DNA of 39,637 nt from Coriobacteriia bacterium (lineage in GTDB: Bacteria > Actinomycetota > Coriobacteriia > Anaerosomatales > SLCP01). Where the stretch lies: the NCBI GenBank assembly GCA_007125735.1, contig SLCP01000201.1, forward strand, positions 1 to 39,637, given 5' to 3'. The position numbers were made by a program, and so were the translations under genes. Positions 24,473-36,435 of the stretch are shown here, one piece after another. Each line of letters opens with the position of its first letter. The stretch's first letter is position 1. The notes beneath the pieces are model-generated. The model did no database searches and was not told the DNA's origin. It saw nothing but the letters and a program-made list of their open reading frames with translations.

Positions 24473-25885
24473 GTGAGTAGTATTACTACATCCTCAGAGG
24501 CTCATCGGGTGTGGGAGGACGTTCTCTCGGTCGTCCGATCGGAGCTCAATACCCCCACGTTCAAAACGTGGTTCGAGCACACGTCTCCGGTGGAAGTGTT
24601 CGAGGACCGCATCGTAGTCGGCGTTCAGAACGAGTTTGCGCGCGAATGGTTGGAGTCGCGCTATTCTGGGCTGCTGCGCTCTGCTCTCTCCCAGGTGCAG
24701 GGACGATCCATGGACCTCGAGTTCATCGTTCCTGAAGGATCTCTCTCCGAACAACCCGACGAGGGGCCTTCACCAAACGCTTCCGCGATAGCCGTCTCTG
24801 AGGAGCCCGGTCCTCCCTCCTTGAACGCCGCCGAGGAACCCTCGACTCTGAGTGGTTTCAACCCCAAGTATTCGTTCGACTCCTACGTCATGGGACCGTC
24901 GAACCAGTTCGCCCACGCCGCTGCCCTCGCGGTAGCGGAGTCTCCCGGTCGCGCATACAACCCTTTGTTCATCTACGGGGGAGTCGGCCTCGGAAAGACC
25001 CACCTTCTTCAGGCTATCGGGAGATACGTGCTGCTCGGCTTCCCTCACATGAAGGTCAAGTATGTGTCGACAGAGCAGTTCACCAACGACTTCATCAACT
25101 CTATCGGTGACCGCGACAGAAAGCGGATCGACGGCTTCCGTCGCCAGTACCGTACCAACGATGTGCTACTCGTCGACGACATCCAGTTCCTCCGCGGAAA
25201 AGAAGGCATCCAAGAGGAGTTCTTCCACACATTCAACGCTCTTCAGCAAGCCGGAAAACAGGTCGTTCTTTCATCAGACCGGCCCCCAAAGGACATCGAG
25301 AAGCTCGAAGAGCGGCTGAGGAGCCGGTTCGAGATGGGCCTCATGACCGATATCCAGCCTCCGGATCTCGAAACGAGAATCGCAATCTTGAGACGCAAGA
25401 TAGAGGCCGAGGGGCTGGACGTTCCGTTCGACGTCATCTCTTTCGTGGCCGACAGGGTCTCGTCCAACATCCGCGAGCTCGAAGGCGCTTTGATTCGGGT
25501 GGTAGCCTTCAGTTCTCTGACCCGCAGCCCGGTGACAGCCGAGTTGGCAAGAAGTGTCCTTAAGGACATCTTTCCTGAACGTTCTTCGCGGCCCATCTCC
25601 GTCTCCACGATTCAGAGAGAGGTGTCGAAGTACTACTCTATCTCTCTGTCGGAACTGACCGGAAACAAGCGATCTCAGAACATCGTCTACCCCCGACAGA
25701 TCGCAATGTATCTCTCACGAGAGCTCACCGACCTTTCGCTGCCGAGGATCGGCGCAGAGTTTGGCGGTAGGGACCACACCACCGTGATGCATGCACAGGC
25801 GAAGATCCAGAAGATGATGAACTCGGACCGTGAGGTCTACAACCAGATTCAGGCGCTCACGAATTCGATCAAACAGCGAAACTGA
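24473..25885 (+). CDS. dnaA: Chromosomal replication initiator protein DnaA
   Basis: Walker [20 protein letters not shown]+ core and C-terminal domain IV ([13 protein letters not shown]...[11 protein letters not shown]). GTG start at 24473 preceded by GGAGGCAGG. Confidence 0.97.
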   Translation: MSSITTSSEAHRVWEDVLSVVRSELNTPTFKTWFEHTSPVEVFEDRIVVGVQNEFAREWLESRYSGLLRSALSQVQGRSMDLEFIVPEGSLSEQPDEGPSPNASAIAVSEEPGPPSLNAAEEPSTLSGFNPKYSFDSYVMGPSNQFAHAAALAVAESPGRAYNPLFIYGGVGLGKTHLLQAIGRYVLLGFPHMKVKYVSTEQFTNDFINSIGDRDRKRIDGFRRQYRTNDVLLVDDIQFLRGKEGIQEEFFHTFNALQQAGKQVVLSSDRPPKDIEKLEERLRSRFEMGLMTDIQPPDLETRIAILRRKIEAEGLDVPFDVISFVADRVSSNIRELEGALIRVVAFSSLTRSPVTAELARSVLKDIFPERSSRPISVSTIQREVSKYYSISLSELTGNKRSQNIVYPRQIAMYLSRELTDLSLPRIGAEFGGRDHTTVMHAQAKIQKMMNSDREVYNQIQALTNSIKQRN

Positions 25886-26130
25886 CGATCACACCCACGA
25901 CCGTACGATATGTGGATAACGGTGTGTTTCGTAAGGGGATGGTTACTGGACTACATGAAGAAGGGGTTTCTTACGCTCTTCTCCTCGGGATAGTGTGGAC
26001 AGCGGGTACATTCTGTCAACATCTTGTACCCGGCCCCAATAGGGGTGCCAACCTCTACAGAGGTGTGTTTTCCACATGTTCCACAGCCCTTATTACTGCT
26101 GATACTCCGATATATAGAAAGGACGTAGTA
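25886..26130. other. oriC: Candidate oriC (dnaA-dnaN spacer): DnaA boxes, trio-like triplets and an AT-rich element
   Basis: Perfect TGTGGATAA at 25911-25919 and TGTGGACAG at 25994-26002. Abutting TTTTCCACA (26068-26076) and TGTTCCACA (26077-26085), then GCCC, then TTA TTA CTG CTG ATA CTC (26090-26107). The 26091-26130 stretch has 14/40 G+C by hand count, in a window that is about two-thirds G+C. Confidence 0.7.
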
Positions 26131-27237
26131 ATGAAGTTCTCTGTGTCCAAGGGTGAGTTGGCTGATGCTCTCAGTGTGGTAGGGAGGGCTCTATCATCGC
26201 GTTCGACGCTCCCTATTCTTTCAGGGATCCTCGTGTCAGCTGATGCTTCAGGGGAAGTCACCCTACAGGCTACGGATCTGGAGGTCTCCGTCAAAGAAAC
26301 GCTCTCTCTCGCTGGGGTCGAGAAAGAGGGAGCTGCCGTGTTACCGGGCAAACTCCTTGCAGATATCGTGCGGTCTCTCCCCGAAGCGGCGGTAACGATC
26401 GACGTCGACAAAGAGATGGCAGCGATCACATGCCTCCACTCCTCATTCGCCCTAAGGATCTTGCCGCACGAGGACTTCCCTAAGTTCCCGCAGGTAGAAA
26501 GCGACACGATGGTTTCGATACCCGCAGGTATCGTCAAAGAGACCATCAAACACGTGTCGAAGGCGGTTAGTAGAGACGAGACGAGACCGGTCCTCACTGG
26601 CATCCTTCTGACGATCGATGGACCTCAGCTGAAGATGGTGGCAACGGACTCGTACCGCCTCGCTGTCAAAGAGACAGAGATAGAAGGGGGTTCTTCTGAA
26701 GGACTGGAAGTGGTGATCCCGGCTAAGGTTCTCGATGAGGTAGCGCGCGTCAGTGCAGGAACAGAGGATATCTCGTTAGGGGTGGCAGAGAACCAAATAG
26801 TCTTCTCATTCGGCAGGACGGTGTTCGTCACGAGGCGGATCGATGGGTCGTTCCCAAACTATCGTCAGCTTATCCCGAAGGAATCGGAGACGAAGGTCAC
26901 TATGGCGCGCGAAGAACTCACGGCCGCCGTGAAGAGGGTCTCGATCCTTGCCCAACACAACACCCCTCTACGGATGAGCGTGAGAACAGAGGATCAGACA
27001 CTGAGTCTCTCGGCAACGAGTCACGAGGTCGGGGATGCTTCAGAGGACCTGATGGTAGCCGTGGAGGGGAGTGATGTGGAGATCGCCTTCAATCACATCT
27101 TCCTTCTCGACGGCCTTGCCGCTGCGGAAGGTGACGACATCGCGATAGATGTCGTGAGCCCCCTCAAGCCCGGAGTCCTGACCAGTCCGACCGACGACGG
27201 GTTTCTCTACTTATTGATGCCTGTGCGTTTGAGCTGA
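26131..27237 (+). CDS. dnaN: DNA polymerase III beta sliding clamp
   Basis: MKFSVSKGELADALSVVGRALSSRSTLPILSGILV... and a C-terminal LLMPVRLS. ATG at 26131 with AAAGGA upstream. The ORF-track start at 25912 would run through the DnaA boxes. Confidence 0.95.
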   Translation: MKFSVSKGELADALSVVGRALSSRSTLPILSGILVSADASGEVTLQATDLEVSVKETLSLAGVEKEGAAVLPGKLLADIVRSLPEAAVTIDVDKEMAAITCLHSSFALRILPHEDFPKFPQVESDTMVSIPAGIVKETIKHVSKAVSRDETRPVLTGILLTIDGPQLKMVATDSYRLAVKETEIEGGSSEGLEVVIPAKVLDEVARVSAGTEDISLGVAENQIVFSFGRTVFVTRRIDGSFPNYRQLIPKESETKVTMAREELTAAVKRVSILAQHNTPLRMSVRTEDQTLSLSATSHEVGDASEDLMVAVEGSDVEIAFNHIFLLDGLAAAEGDDIAIDVVSPLKPGVLTSPTDDGFLYLLMPVRLS

Positions 27238-27238
27238 G

Positions 27239-28366
27239 ATGAGCGAACGAGAGACGGTACGGATACGGACACTGGCTGTCCAAGCATTCAGGAATCACGA
27301 AGAGAGTACGGTCAGCCCAGGAAAGAGGAGTACGATCCTCGTCGGGCCCAACGCAGCAGGAAAGAGCAACCTGCTCGAGGCGGTCACACTCGCGGTCTCC
27401 GGATCATCGTTCCGCCCGTTCTCGTGGCCCGATGTAGTGATGGAGGGGCACGAACTCGCACGGGTGAGAGTCGACGCCGAGAGAGGAGCGCGAGCCGTGT
27501 CGGTGAAGCTACAGGTCGACTCGGCAGGGAAGAGGACATTCCAAGTCGACGGGAAACGCAAGAAGGGGCCCTCGGATGTCGTAGGGACCGTCCCCGCGGT
27601 CACGTTCGTTCCCGACGATCTCCAGCTCGCAAAAGGTCCAGCGGAAGCGCGAAGGAAGGCCGTCGACACACTGGGGTCTCAGCTCTCGAGCGCGTATGCA
27701 GCCTTACGCGCCGAGTACACACGGGTAGTCAGGCAGCGAACGGCCCTCCTCAGGCAAAGAGACACGGCAACGGAGCTCGGCGCCTGGGATGAGGCCCTTA
27801 CGACCATAGGAGCGGCGTTCTTCATCCACCGAGCCCGCCTCGCGACGAGGATAGAGCGCGTGATCGTACCCTTCTACGAGACGCTATCCGGCGGTGAAGA
27901 GGTGCGGCTTCGACTAGCGGCGTCGTGGGGAGGGGAGTCCGTGGCACCGCACGAATGGGCAGAGATGTCGCGAGATGAAGTGGAGCGGGTGATCACGGAA
28001 GCGATAGGGCGCAAGGCGCACGCGGAGAGGGCTCGAGGAATGACCCTCATCGGGCCCCACCGTGACGACATCGTGTTCACGGTCGAAGGGAGGACGGCGC
28101 GCGGGTTCGCCTCGCAGGGACAGCAACGGTCGCTCGCGCTGGCCTGGAAGATGGCAGAAGCCGAGGTCATAGGGGATGTTCGCGGACACACACCGGTCCT
28201 TCTTCTCGACGACGTAATGTCTGAGCTCGACGAGTCGAGGAGGGAGGCGCTTCAGAGGTTCGTGAACGGCGGCCCACAAGCGCTTATCACGACGACCAAC
28301 CTAGCGTACTTCGATGCGGGAGGCTTCGATGGAGCGGAGATCGTGGAGGTCCACGGTGTGCGCTGA
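27239..28366 (+). CDS. recF: DNA replication and repair protein RecF
   Basis: Walker A GPNAAGKSNLLEAV, signature SQGQQRSLALAWKMAE and Walker B VLLLDDVMSELD. It starts 1 nt after the dnaN stop. Confidence 0.95.
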   Translation: MSERETVRIRTLAVQAFRNHEESTVSPGKRSTILVGPNAAGKSNLLEAVTLAVSGSSFRPFSWPDVVMEGHELARVRVDAERGARAVSVKLQVDSAGKRTFQVDGKRKKGPSDVVGTVPAVTFVPDDLQLAKGPAEARRKAVDTLGSQLSSAYAALRAEYTRVVRQRTALLRQRDTATELGAWDEALTTIGAAFFIHRARLATRIERVIVPFYETLSGGEEVRLRLAASWGGESVAPHEWAEMSRDEVERVITEAIGRKAHAERARGMTLIGPHRDDIVFTVEGRTARGFASQGQQRSLALAWKMAEAEVIGDVRGHTPVLLLDDVMSELDESRREALQRFVNGGPQALITTTNLAYFDAGGFDGAEIVEVHGVR

Positions 28367-28934
28367 CCGAGCCGGAAAGCAGGTGCGCCTCGGCGACGCA
28401 CTGAAGGCACTCGTGTCGAGATCGGACGCCAACGGCACGGGGCTGGCCCAAGCGCGCATCGAATCGGTGTGGGAAGAGGTTGTCGGGCCCGAGGTCTCCC
28501 GGCACACCGCTCGCCTTGCCTTGAGAGAAGATGAGCTTACCGTTCACGTCGACTCACACACATGGGCGTCGGAGCTTTCGCTGATGGGAGAGCACCTGAG
28601 GGAGCGGGTTAATTCAGCTCTGGGTGAGAGCCTGGTTGGATCGGTCAGGTTTACTGTGTCCAAGGCTGTTGCAGAGCGAGAGAGCCGACGTCGCTCCGAA
28701 AGGGCCGTCAAGCGGGGATACGGGGGGGATCCGGTCACGCCGGAACCGCTCGGTCCCGAGGAGCGGGAGTGGGTGGAGCGCTCCGCAGACGCCATCCCGA
28801 GCGACTCTTTGCGCGAGGCGGCGATACGAGCGACAGTGCGCGATCTGGAGTGGAAAAAGGCCCGCGCGAAGCGCAAAGACTCGCAGGAGGGCTCTGGGGG
28901 GCCCACACGTACTAATTCGAGCGGTTTACCCTAG
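28356..28934 (+). CDS. DUF721-domain protein (DciA-like; the recF-gyrB spacer gene typical of Actinomycetota)
   Basis: IESVWEEVVGPEVSRHTARLALREDELTVHVDSHTWASELSLMGEHLRERVN fits the DUF721 pattern. The position between recF and gyrB matches Rv0004-type genes. GTG at 28356 (GGAGG 6 nt upstream) is chosen, with alternatives at 28314, 28329 and 28383. Confidence 0.78.
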   Translation: MCADRAGKQVRLGDALKALVSRSDANGTGLAQARIESVWEEVVGPEVSRHTARLALREDELTVHVDSHTWASELSLMGEHLRERVNSALGESLVGSVRFTVSKAVAERESRRRSERAVKRGYGGDPVTPEPLGPEEREWVERSADAIPSDSLREAAIRATVRDLEWKKARAKRKDSQEGSGGPTRTNSSGLP

Positions 28935-28940
28935 AGGTTG

Positions 28941-28949
28941 TGCTAGTAT
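28941..28949 (+). promoter_or_regulatory. Candidate gyrB promoter (extended -10)
   Basis: TGCTAGTAT. This is the same TGCTAG[A/T]AT form as the element at 23121-23129. No good -35 is present. Confidence 0.45.
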
Positions 28950-28951
28950 GA

Positions 28952-30928
<1,977 letters not shown>

Positions 30929-30943
30929 TCGGACGGGTACGTG

Positions 30944-31528
30944 ATGGCTGACCAGTCTCACAGGCGAAGCGCCAAGCCCTTCGAGCCGCCACCCTGGGAG
31001 AAGGAGCAATTCGAGGAACTTGCACGCGAACGTGAGCGGGCGGCGCAGGCAGCGGCAGAGGCGGAAGCCGCAGCGGCGCAGGCAGTGGCAGAGGCGGCTG
31101 CCGAGCACGAGCAGGCCGAGGAACAAAGCCCGGCCCCAGAAAGGCCCGCGGAACCCGCCGCCGTCGCGGCCGGCGCGGCACCGAAGGACGAGAAGCCAGT
31201 CGAAGCGTCGCCGAGCGTAGACACGAGCGAGGAGTCCGGGGAAGACGGGCTCGGCGATCCGCGGGTCGATGCGATGTTGATGATGCTCAAGGCAGAGGAG
31301 CCCGACACGGTATCGGGGATTTGGAAAGTGGGAATGGTCGCGGGCGCGTTCCTCGCGATGATGGGCCTCGTGCTCGTTGTGTGGGCGGGGGTCGCGCTCG
31401 CACGGACGCTCGAGGCGGGGCCGACGGCATACCTCGGGGCCGGGATCATGGGCCTCATGGGCGCAGGCCTCGTTGCCCTCGGGGTATGGCTGATCGTACG
31501 TAGTCTTCGGAAGCAAGGAGTGCTCTAA
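30944..31528 (+). CDS. Hypothetical membrane protein (acidic/Ala-rich N-terminal half, two C-terminal TM helices) embedded between gyrB and gyrA
   Basis: 194 aa. N-terminal PPWEKEQFEELARERERAAQAAAEAEAAAAQ... TM segments VGMVAGAFLAMMGLVLVVWAGVAL and AYLGAGIMGLMGAGLVALGVWLIV. It starts 15 nt after the gyrB stop (or GTG at 30941), and its TAA abuts the gyrA GTG. Confidence 0.7.
   Translation: MADQSHRRSAKPFEPPPWEKEQFEELARERERAAQAAAEAEAAAAQAVAEAAAEHEQAEEQSPAPERPAEPAAVAAGAAPKDEKPVEASPSVDTSEESGEDGLGDPRVDAMLMMLKAEEPDTVSGIWKVGMVAGAFLAMMGLVLVVWAGVALARTLEAGPTAYLGAGIMGLMGAGLVALGVWLIVRSLRKQGVL
31040..31097 (+). repeat. In-frame 25-nt direct repeat at 33-nt period (1 mismatch)
   Basis: GCGGCGCAGGCAG[C/T]GGCAGAGGCGG at 31040-31064 and 31073-31097, encoding AAQAAAEA / AAQAVAEA. 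Confidence 0.9.
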
Positions 31529-34132
31529 GTGGCAGAAGAGATGGCGGGTAGCACGGTACTACCCATCGAGATCCAGCAGGAACTTCGCGACAGCTTCCTC
31601 GAGTACTCCATGAGCGTCATAGTCTCGCGTGCGCTCCCCGACGTGCGCGACGGGCTCAAGCCCGTTCACCGACGCATCCTTTACGCGATGAACGAGTCGA
31701 ATCTCACCCCCGGGCGCCCGTTCAAGAAGTCCGCGTGGACTGTCGGTGAGGTCATCGGCAAGTACCACCCGCACGGAGACGCGGCCGTGTACGACACGAT
31801 GGTCCGCATGGCGCAGCCATGGGCCATGCGAGCGCCGCTCGTCGACGGGCATGGCAACTTCGGATCGGTCGACGGTGACTCCGCGGCGGCGATGCGCTAC
31901 ACGGAGGCGCGGCTACAGAAGGTGTCGATGGAGCTCCTCCGCGACCTCGACAAGGAGACCGTCGACTTCGGTCCAAATTACGACGAGTCCCTTCTCGAGC
32001 CGAAGGTCCTGCCGAGCCGCTATCCCAACCTGCTCGTCAACGGCAGCGCCGGCATCGCCGTCGGCATGGCGACGAACATCCCGCCCCACAATCTCGGTGA
32101 GGTCATCGACGCGACCACGATGCTCATCGACAACCCGGACGCGACCATCGAGGAGCTGATGGCGGTCGTGCCGGGTCCTGACTTCCCGACCGGCGCGATG
32201 ATCATGGGCGGTGACGGGATAAGGGACGCGTATACGACGGGACGCGGCTCGATCCGCGTTCGCGGCAAGGCGCACATCGAGCAGACGTCGACCGGGCGCA
32301 CACGCATCATAGTCACCGAGATCCCGTACGCCGTGAACAAGTCGAAGCTCGTGACCAAGATCGCCGAGCTCGTACGGGAGAAGAAGCTCACCGAGATATC
32401 GGACCTGCGCGACGAGTCCGACCGCAAGGGAATGCGCATCGTCATCGAGCTCAAGCAGGCATGCGTGCCGCAGGTCGTGCTCAACAAGCTCTACAAGCAC
32501 ACGCCGCTGCAGACGAGCTTCGGAATGAACATGCTCGCGCTCGTCGACGGCGTCCCGCGCACGCTCACACTCAAAGAGATCCTCGTGCACTACATCGAGT
32601 TCCAGAAAGAGGTCATCACCAGGCGCACGAAGTTCGAGCTGCGCAAGGCCGAGGAGCGCGCCCACATCCTCGAGGGCTACGTCATCGCGCTCGACAACAT
32701 CGACGAGGTCATCGCGATCATCCGCTCCTCGGCGGACGACTCCGAGGCCAAGAGCCGCCTCATCGAGCGCTTCGCGCTTTCGGAGGCGCAGACCGATGCG
32801 ATCCTCGAGATGCGCCTGCGCCGCCTCACCGGACTCGAGCGCTCCAAGATCGAAGACGAGCTCGCAAGCTTGCGCGAGCGCATCGCTTGGTACAAGAAGG
32901 TGCTCGGTGACGTGCAGCTCGTGCTCGACATCATCAAAGAGGAGATGGCCGAGATCCGGGCGAAGTTCGCCAATCCGCGCCGCACCGAGATCACCTCCAT
33001 CGCGCACGACCTCGATGTCGAGGACCTCATCGCCGAGGAGGACATGGTCGTCACCATCACCAAGGCAGGCTACGTCAAGCGGCTTCCGGTGGCGACGTAC
33101 CGTCAGCAGAAGCGCGGCGGCAAGGGCGTTGCCGGCGTGAACCTCCGCGAGAACGACTTCGTCGAGCACCTCTTCATCAGTTCCACCCACGACTACGTGC
33201 TCTTCTTCTCCTCGGCGGGCAAGGTCTACCGCTTGAAGGTCCACGAGCTGCCGGTCGGATCGCGCCACGCGCGCGGAACGGCGATCGTGAACCTGCTGCC
33301 GTTCGCCGCCGACGAGCGCATCGCCGCGGTCATCAACACCCGCGAGTTCGGGGCCGAGGACTACCTGCTCTTCGCGACGAGGCGGGGGATGAGCAAGAAG
33401 ACCGCGATGAGCGCGTACGACCGCTCGCGCCGCGACGGGATCATCGCCATCAACCTGCGGGCCGACGACGAGCTCATCTCGGTGCGCCGGGTCAAGTCGG
33501 GCGAGCGTGTCATGATGGTCTCGACGGCTGGCAAGGCGATCATGTGGGACGAGGCCGACGCGCGGCCGATGGGTCGCGACACCATGGGCGTGAAGGGCAT
33601 GGCGCTCAAGGGCGACGAGACGGTGCTCGGCATGGAGATCGCGCCCGTGGACAGCGAGCTGTTCGTGGTGACCGAGCGCGGCTACGGCAAGCGCACGCCG
33701 GTCGGCGACTACCCGGTGCAGAAGCGTGGCGGCATGGGCGTCAAGACGATCCAGGTCACGCCCAAGAAGGGGCCGCTCGCCGGGATGAAGATCGTGCAGC
33801 CCGACCACGAGCTCATGCTCATCTCCGACGAGGGCGTCGTCATCCGGGTGCGCGCGAAGGACATCTCCAAGCTCGGGCGCTCGACCCAGGGCGTCAAGGT
33901 GATGAACGTCTCCGAGACCGACCGGGTCCGCGCGATCGCGCGCGTCTCCGCCGGCGGCAAGAAGCGTCCGACACGCGTGGCCGAGGGCCAGGGGGTGCTC
34001 GGCGCCGAGGGCGGACCAGCTGGCGCGGACGCGGGAGCAGCGTGTCCCGCACCGAGCTCCGAGGCGGAGCGCGAGGCGGAGGCCGAGGCACTCGCGAGCG
34101 AGGAGTTCGAAGAGCTCGAGGGCGAGGAGTGA
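31529..34132 (+). CDS. gyrA: DNA gyrase subunit A
   Basis: [29 protein letters not shown], the catalytic Tyr context [11 protein letters not shown], a C-terminal beta-pinwheel region and an acidic tail. GTG at 31529 with AAGGAG 10 nt upstream (alternative ATG at 31541). Confidence 0.97.
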   Translation: MAEEMAGSTVLPIEIQQELRDSFLEYSMSVIVSRALPDVRDGLKPVHRRILYAMNESNLTPGRPFKKSAWTVGEVIGKYHPHGDAAVYDTMVRMAQPWAMRAPLVDGHGNFGSVDGDSAAAMRYTEARLQKVSMELLRDLDKETVDFGPNYDESLLEPKVLPSRYPNLLVNGSAGIAVGMATNIPPHNLGEVIDATTMLIDNPDATIEELMAVVPGPDFPTGAMIMGGDGIRDAYTTGRGSIRVRGKAHIEQTSTGRTRIIVTEIPYAVNKSKLVTKIAELVREKKLTEISDLRDESDRKGMRIVIELKQACVPQVVLNKLYKHTPLQTSFGMNMLALVDGVPRTLTLKEILVHYIEFQKEVITRRTKFELRKAEERAHILEGYVIALDNIDEVIAIIRSSADDSEAKSRLIERFALSEAQTDAILEMRLRRLTGLERSKIEDELASLRERIAWYKKVLGDVQLVLDIIKEEMAEIRAKFANPRRTEITSIAHDLDVEDLIAEEDMVVTITKAGYVKRLPVATYRQQKRGGKGVAGVNLRENDFVEHLFISSTHDYVLFFSSAGKVYRLKVHELPVGSRHARGTAIVNLLPFAADERIAAVINTREFGAEDYLLFATRRGMSKKTAMSAYDRSRRDGIIAINLRADDELISVRRVKSGERVMMVSTAGKAIMWDEADARPMGRDTMGVKGMALKGDETVLGMEIAPVDSELFVVTERGYGKRTPVGDYPVQKRGGMGVKTIQVTPKKGPLAGMKIVQPDHELMLISDEGVVIRVRAKDISKLGRSTQGVKVMNVSETDRVRAIARVSAGGKKRPTRVAEGQGVLGAEGGPAGADAGAACPAPSSEAEREAEAEALASEEFEELEGEE

Positions 34133-34797
34133 CGGGAGCGACGCACGGACGAGCTTCCGCGGTCGAGGTGGTGCTCTTCGACTTCGACGGGACTCTCGTC
34201 GACACGATCGAGCTCATCTTGACGTCGTTCCGCTACGCCACGACCACGGTGCTCGGCTCACCGCTGCCCGACCGGATGCTGCTCGACAACATCGGCGTGC
34301 CGCTCGCGCGCCAGATGCGCGAGTTCGCTCCCGAGCACGCCGAGGAGCTCGTGCGCGTCTATCGCGAGCACAACGCCGCGCACCACGACGAGCTCGCGCG
34401 CGAGTACCCCGGCACCCGCGAAGCGCTCGACGCGATAGCGGCGACCGGGCGGCCGATGGGCGTGGTGACCTCGAAGGGCTCGCGCATGGCACACCACGGG
34501 CTCGCGGTGTTCGGACTCAGCCACCACTTCCCGGTCGTCGTCACCGCAGACGACGTCGAGATCCACAAGCCCGACCCGTACCCGCTCGCGTATGCGGCGG
34601 CGCAACTCGGCGTCCCGCTCGAACGGTGCGCGTACGTCGGCGACAGCCCACACGACATGGCGGCCGCGCTTGCTGGCGGGGCGCTTGCTATAGCAGCGCT
34701 CTGGGGAGCGTTTCCGGCCGAGGAGGTTCTCGCGCCGGGGCCCCACCATGCGCTTGCGTCGATATCGGAACTGCCCGGACTTCTCGGCAGCCTGTAG
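34129..34797 (+). CDS. HAD-superfamily hydrolase (phosphoglycolate phosphatase / PpaX-like)
   Basis: Motif [12 protein letters not shown], motif II VVTSKG and motif III/IV K...[12 protein letters not shown]. The start is uncertain: GTG at 34129 (GTGA overlap with the gyrA stop) or GTG at 34168/34171. Confidence 0.8.
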   Translation: MTGATHGRASAVEVVLFDFDGTLVDTIELILTSFRYATTTVLGSPLPDRMLLDNIGVPLARQMREFAPEHAEELVRVYREHNAAHHDELAREYPGTREALDAIAATGRPMGVVTSKGSRMAHHGLAVFGLSHHFPVVVTADDVEIHKPDPYPLAYAAAQLGVPLERCAYVGDSPHDMAAALAGGALAIAALWGAFPAEEVLAPGPHHALASISELPGLLGSL

Positions 34798-34943
34798 CGA
34801 ACCGCGGTCGCCGATCACCGCCGGAACCGCGGGCGTGCCGATACTCGCGTTTCGTCGTAGGGTGGTGCGGGATACACGCCTCTTGCAGACAGGATCCCAC
34901 CGCGCAGAAGCGCTACATCGAGCAGGTCCGATGAGGAGGACTC

Positions 34944-36425
34944 GTGTCGTCGAAAACCAAAGTGATAGGTGCCGTTGCCGGGCTCTTGATCGTCGGGAGT
35001 ATCGCGGCAGCCGTCGCGTACAATGCGACACGTCCCGCAGCGACAGTGGACGTCGCGACTGCCGCGACCGGTGACATCGCGGTGACGGTGACCGCTGCGG
35101 GCAGTGTCGAGTCCGACGCCCGGGGCGACGTGTTCCCGCCCACCGCCGGCGTGCTCGCCGTGGTCAGCGTCGTCGATGGGCAGCGTGTTGTTGCGGGCGA
35201 GGTGCTCGCGACGCTCGATCCCGAGCCGCTCGACCTCGCGATAGTCCAGGCCGAGGCGGGGCTCGCCCAGGCCGAGGCGGGGCTGCGCGCGGTCGACGAC
35301 CAGGCGCCCGGAAGCGCCGAACTGCAGGCAGCACGAGCTGCCACCGACGCCGCATGGCAGGCGTATCGCTCGGCACAGGCCGCCGCCGCCGCCGTAAGCG
35401 ATCAGGCGCCGGGCGACGCCGAGAGGCGCGCCGCCGCCGCCGCGACCCAGGCCGCGCGCGCTGCCTTCGATCAGGCCGTCGCCGCCTACGATGCGCTCAA
35501 GGCAGCCTACGACTTCGCGCCGTCCCCCTCGGCCGAGGCAAGTCTGACCGCGGCTGGAGTCGCCCGCGACCAGGCTCGCGCCGCCTACCTCGGCGCGCAG
35601 GCGACCGAGCGCTCGCTTGCATCAGTCGACCTGTCGTCGCAGCAGGCTGCCACCGACGCCGGGGTCGCCCAGGCGCATGCCGCATACCTGAGTGCCAAGG
35701 CGCAGCAGGAAAAACTCGAAGACGCTGACGTGTCACCGCAGCGCGCCGCGGCACGCGCCGCACTCGAGCAGGCGCGCGAGGCGCTTGCGCTCGCCGAGTC
35801 GAACCGTGCGAAGGCCACGATGCGCGCTCCGGTCGACGGCACCGTGCTCTTCAATCCCCTCGGCACGCCCGCCGCCGACGGCACCGTCCCCAAAGCCACA
35901 CCCGGCGCTGCGGTAGCGCCCCAGGCCGCGGTCTTCACCGTCGTCAGGCTCGACATGGTTCGCTTCACGGCCGAGGTCGACGAGGTCGACGTCGCGCTCG
36001 TCGAGACCGGCATGGCGGCGATCGTGCGCCTCGACGCGCTGACCGATCGCTCGTTCGAGACGACCGTCTCGGAGATCCGTCCCGCGGCCACCTTCACCCC
36101 CACGGGAGGCACCGTGTTCCCGGTCTACCTGCGAGTCGCGGCATCCGATGTCAACGTGCTCCTCGGCATGAAGGGGGATGCCGAGATCGAGGTGAGCCGC
36201 GTCTCCTCGGTCGTGACGCTACCGATCGAGGCGCTTTTCGACGATGCCACGGGTTCGTACGTCTACACCATCACTGAGGACGACCGGCTCGTCCGCACGC
36301 CGGTCGAACTGGGTGCGCTGACCGAGTCGGTCATCGAGATCAGGTCCGGCGTGCGCGCAGGCGACCGGGTCGCACTGGCCGGGGCCGAGGAGTTGGCCGA
36401 CGGGATGCGAGTCAGTGTCAGATAG
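34944..36425 (+). CDS. HlyD/MacA-family periplasmic adaptor (membrane fusion protein) with a very long Ala-rich helical hairpin
   Basis: N-terminal TM VIGAVAGLLIVGSIAAAVAY, lipoyl-like VVDGQRVVAGEVLATLD, about 200 residues of Ala/Gln-rich helix, then ATMRAPVDGTVL and C-terminal beta domains. GAGGAGG SD before the GTG at 34944. Confidence 0.85.
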   Translation: MSSKTKVIGAVAGLLIVGSIAAAVAYNATRPAATVDVATAATGDIAVTVTAAGSVESDARGDVFPPTAGVLAVVSVVDGQRVVAGEVLATLDPEPLDLAIVQAEAGLAQAEAGLRAVDDQAPGSAELQAARAATDAAWQAYRSAQAAAAAVSDQAPGDAERRAAAAATQAARAAFDQAVAAYDALKAAYDFAPSPSAEASLTAAGVARDQARAAYLGAQATERSLASVDLSSQQAATDAGVAQAHAAYLSAKAQQEKLEDADVSPQRAAARAALEQAREALALAESNRAKATMRAPVDGTVLFNPLGTPAADGTVPKATPGAAVAPQAAVFTVVRLDMVRFTAEVDEVDVALVETGMAAIVRLDALTDRSFETTVSEIRPAATFTPTGGTVFPVYLRVAASDVNVLLGMKGDAEIEVSRVSSVVTLPIEALFDDATGSYVYTITEDDRLVRTPVELGALTESVIEIRSGVRAGDRVALAGAEELADGMRVSVR

Positions 36426-36435
36426 CGGATCGCCC

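Noticed and set aside
25912-26130. N-terminal extensions offered by the ORF track: dnaN from 25912, rpmH from 23014, jag from 21527, rnpA from 22845, yidD from 22466, cytochrome from 9318, rubrerythrin from 9266, gyrB from 28970, HAD from 33544 and yjbQ from 38703.
   Set aside because: In every case a downstream start with a recognisable SD matches the conserved N-terminus of the family. The extension would overlap an upstream gene, DnaA boxes or a promoter.
34800-34834. Direct repeat GAACCGCGG twice, and the CCGCGG self-complementary pair after the HAD gene, as a possible terminator.
   Set aside because: The stem is only 6 bp with a 20-nt loop, and the following T-tract is poor (CGCGTTTCGTCG). 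This is too weak to call.
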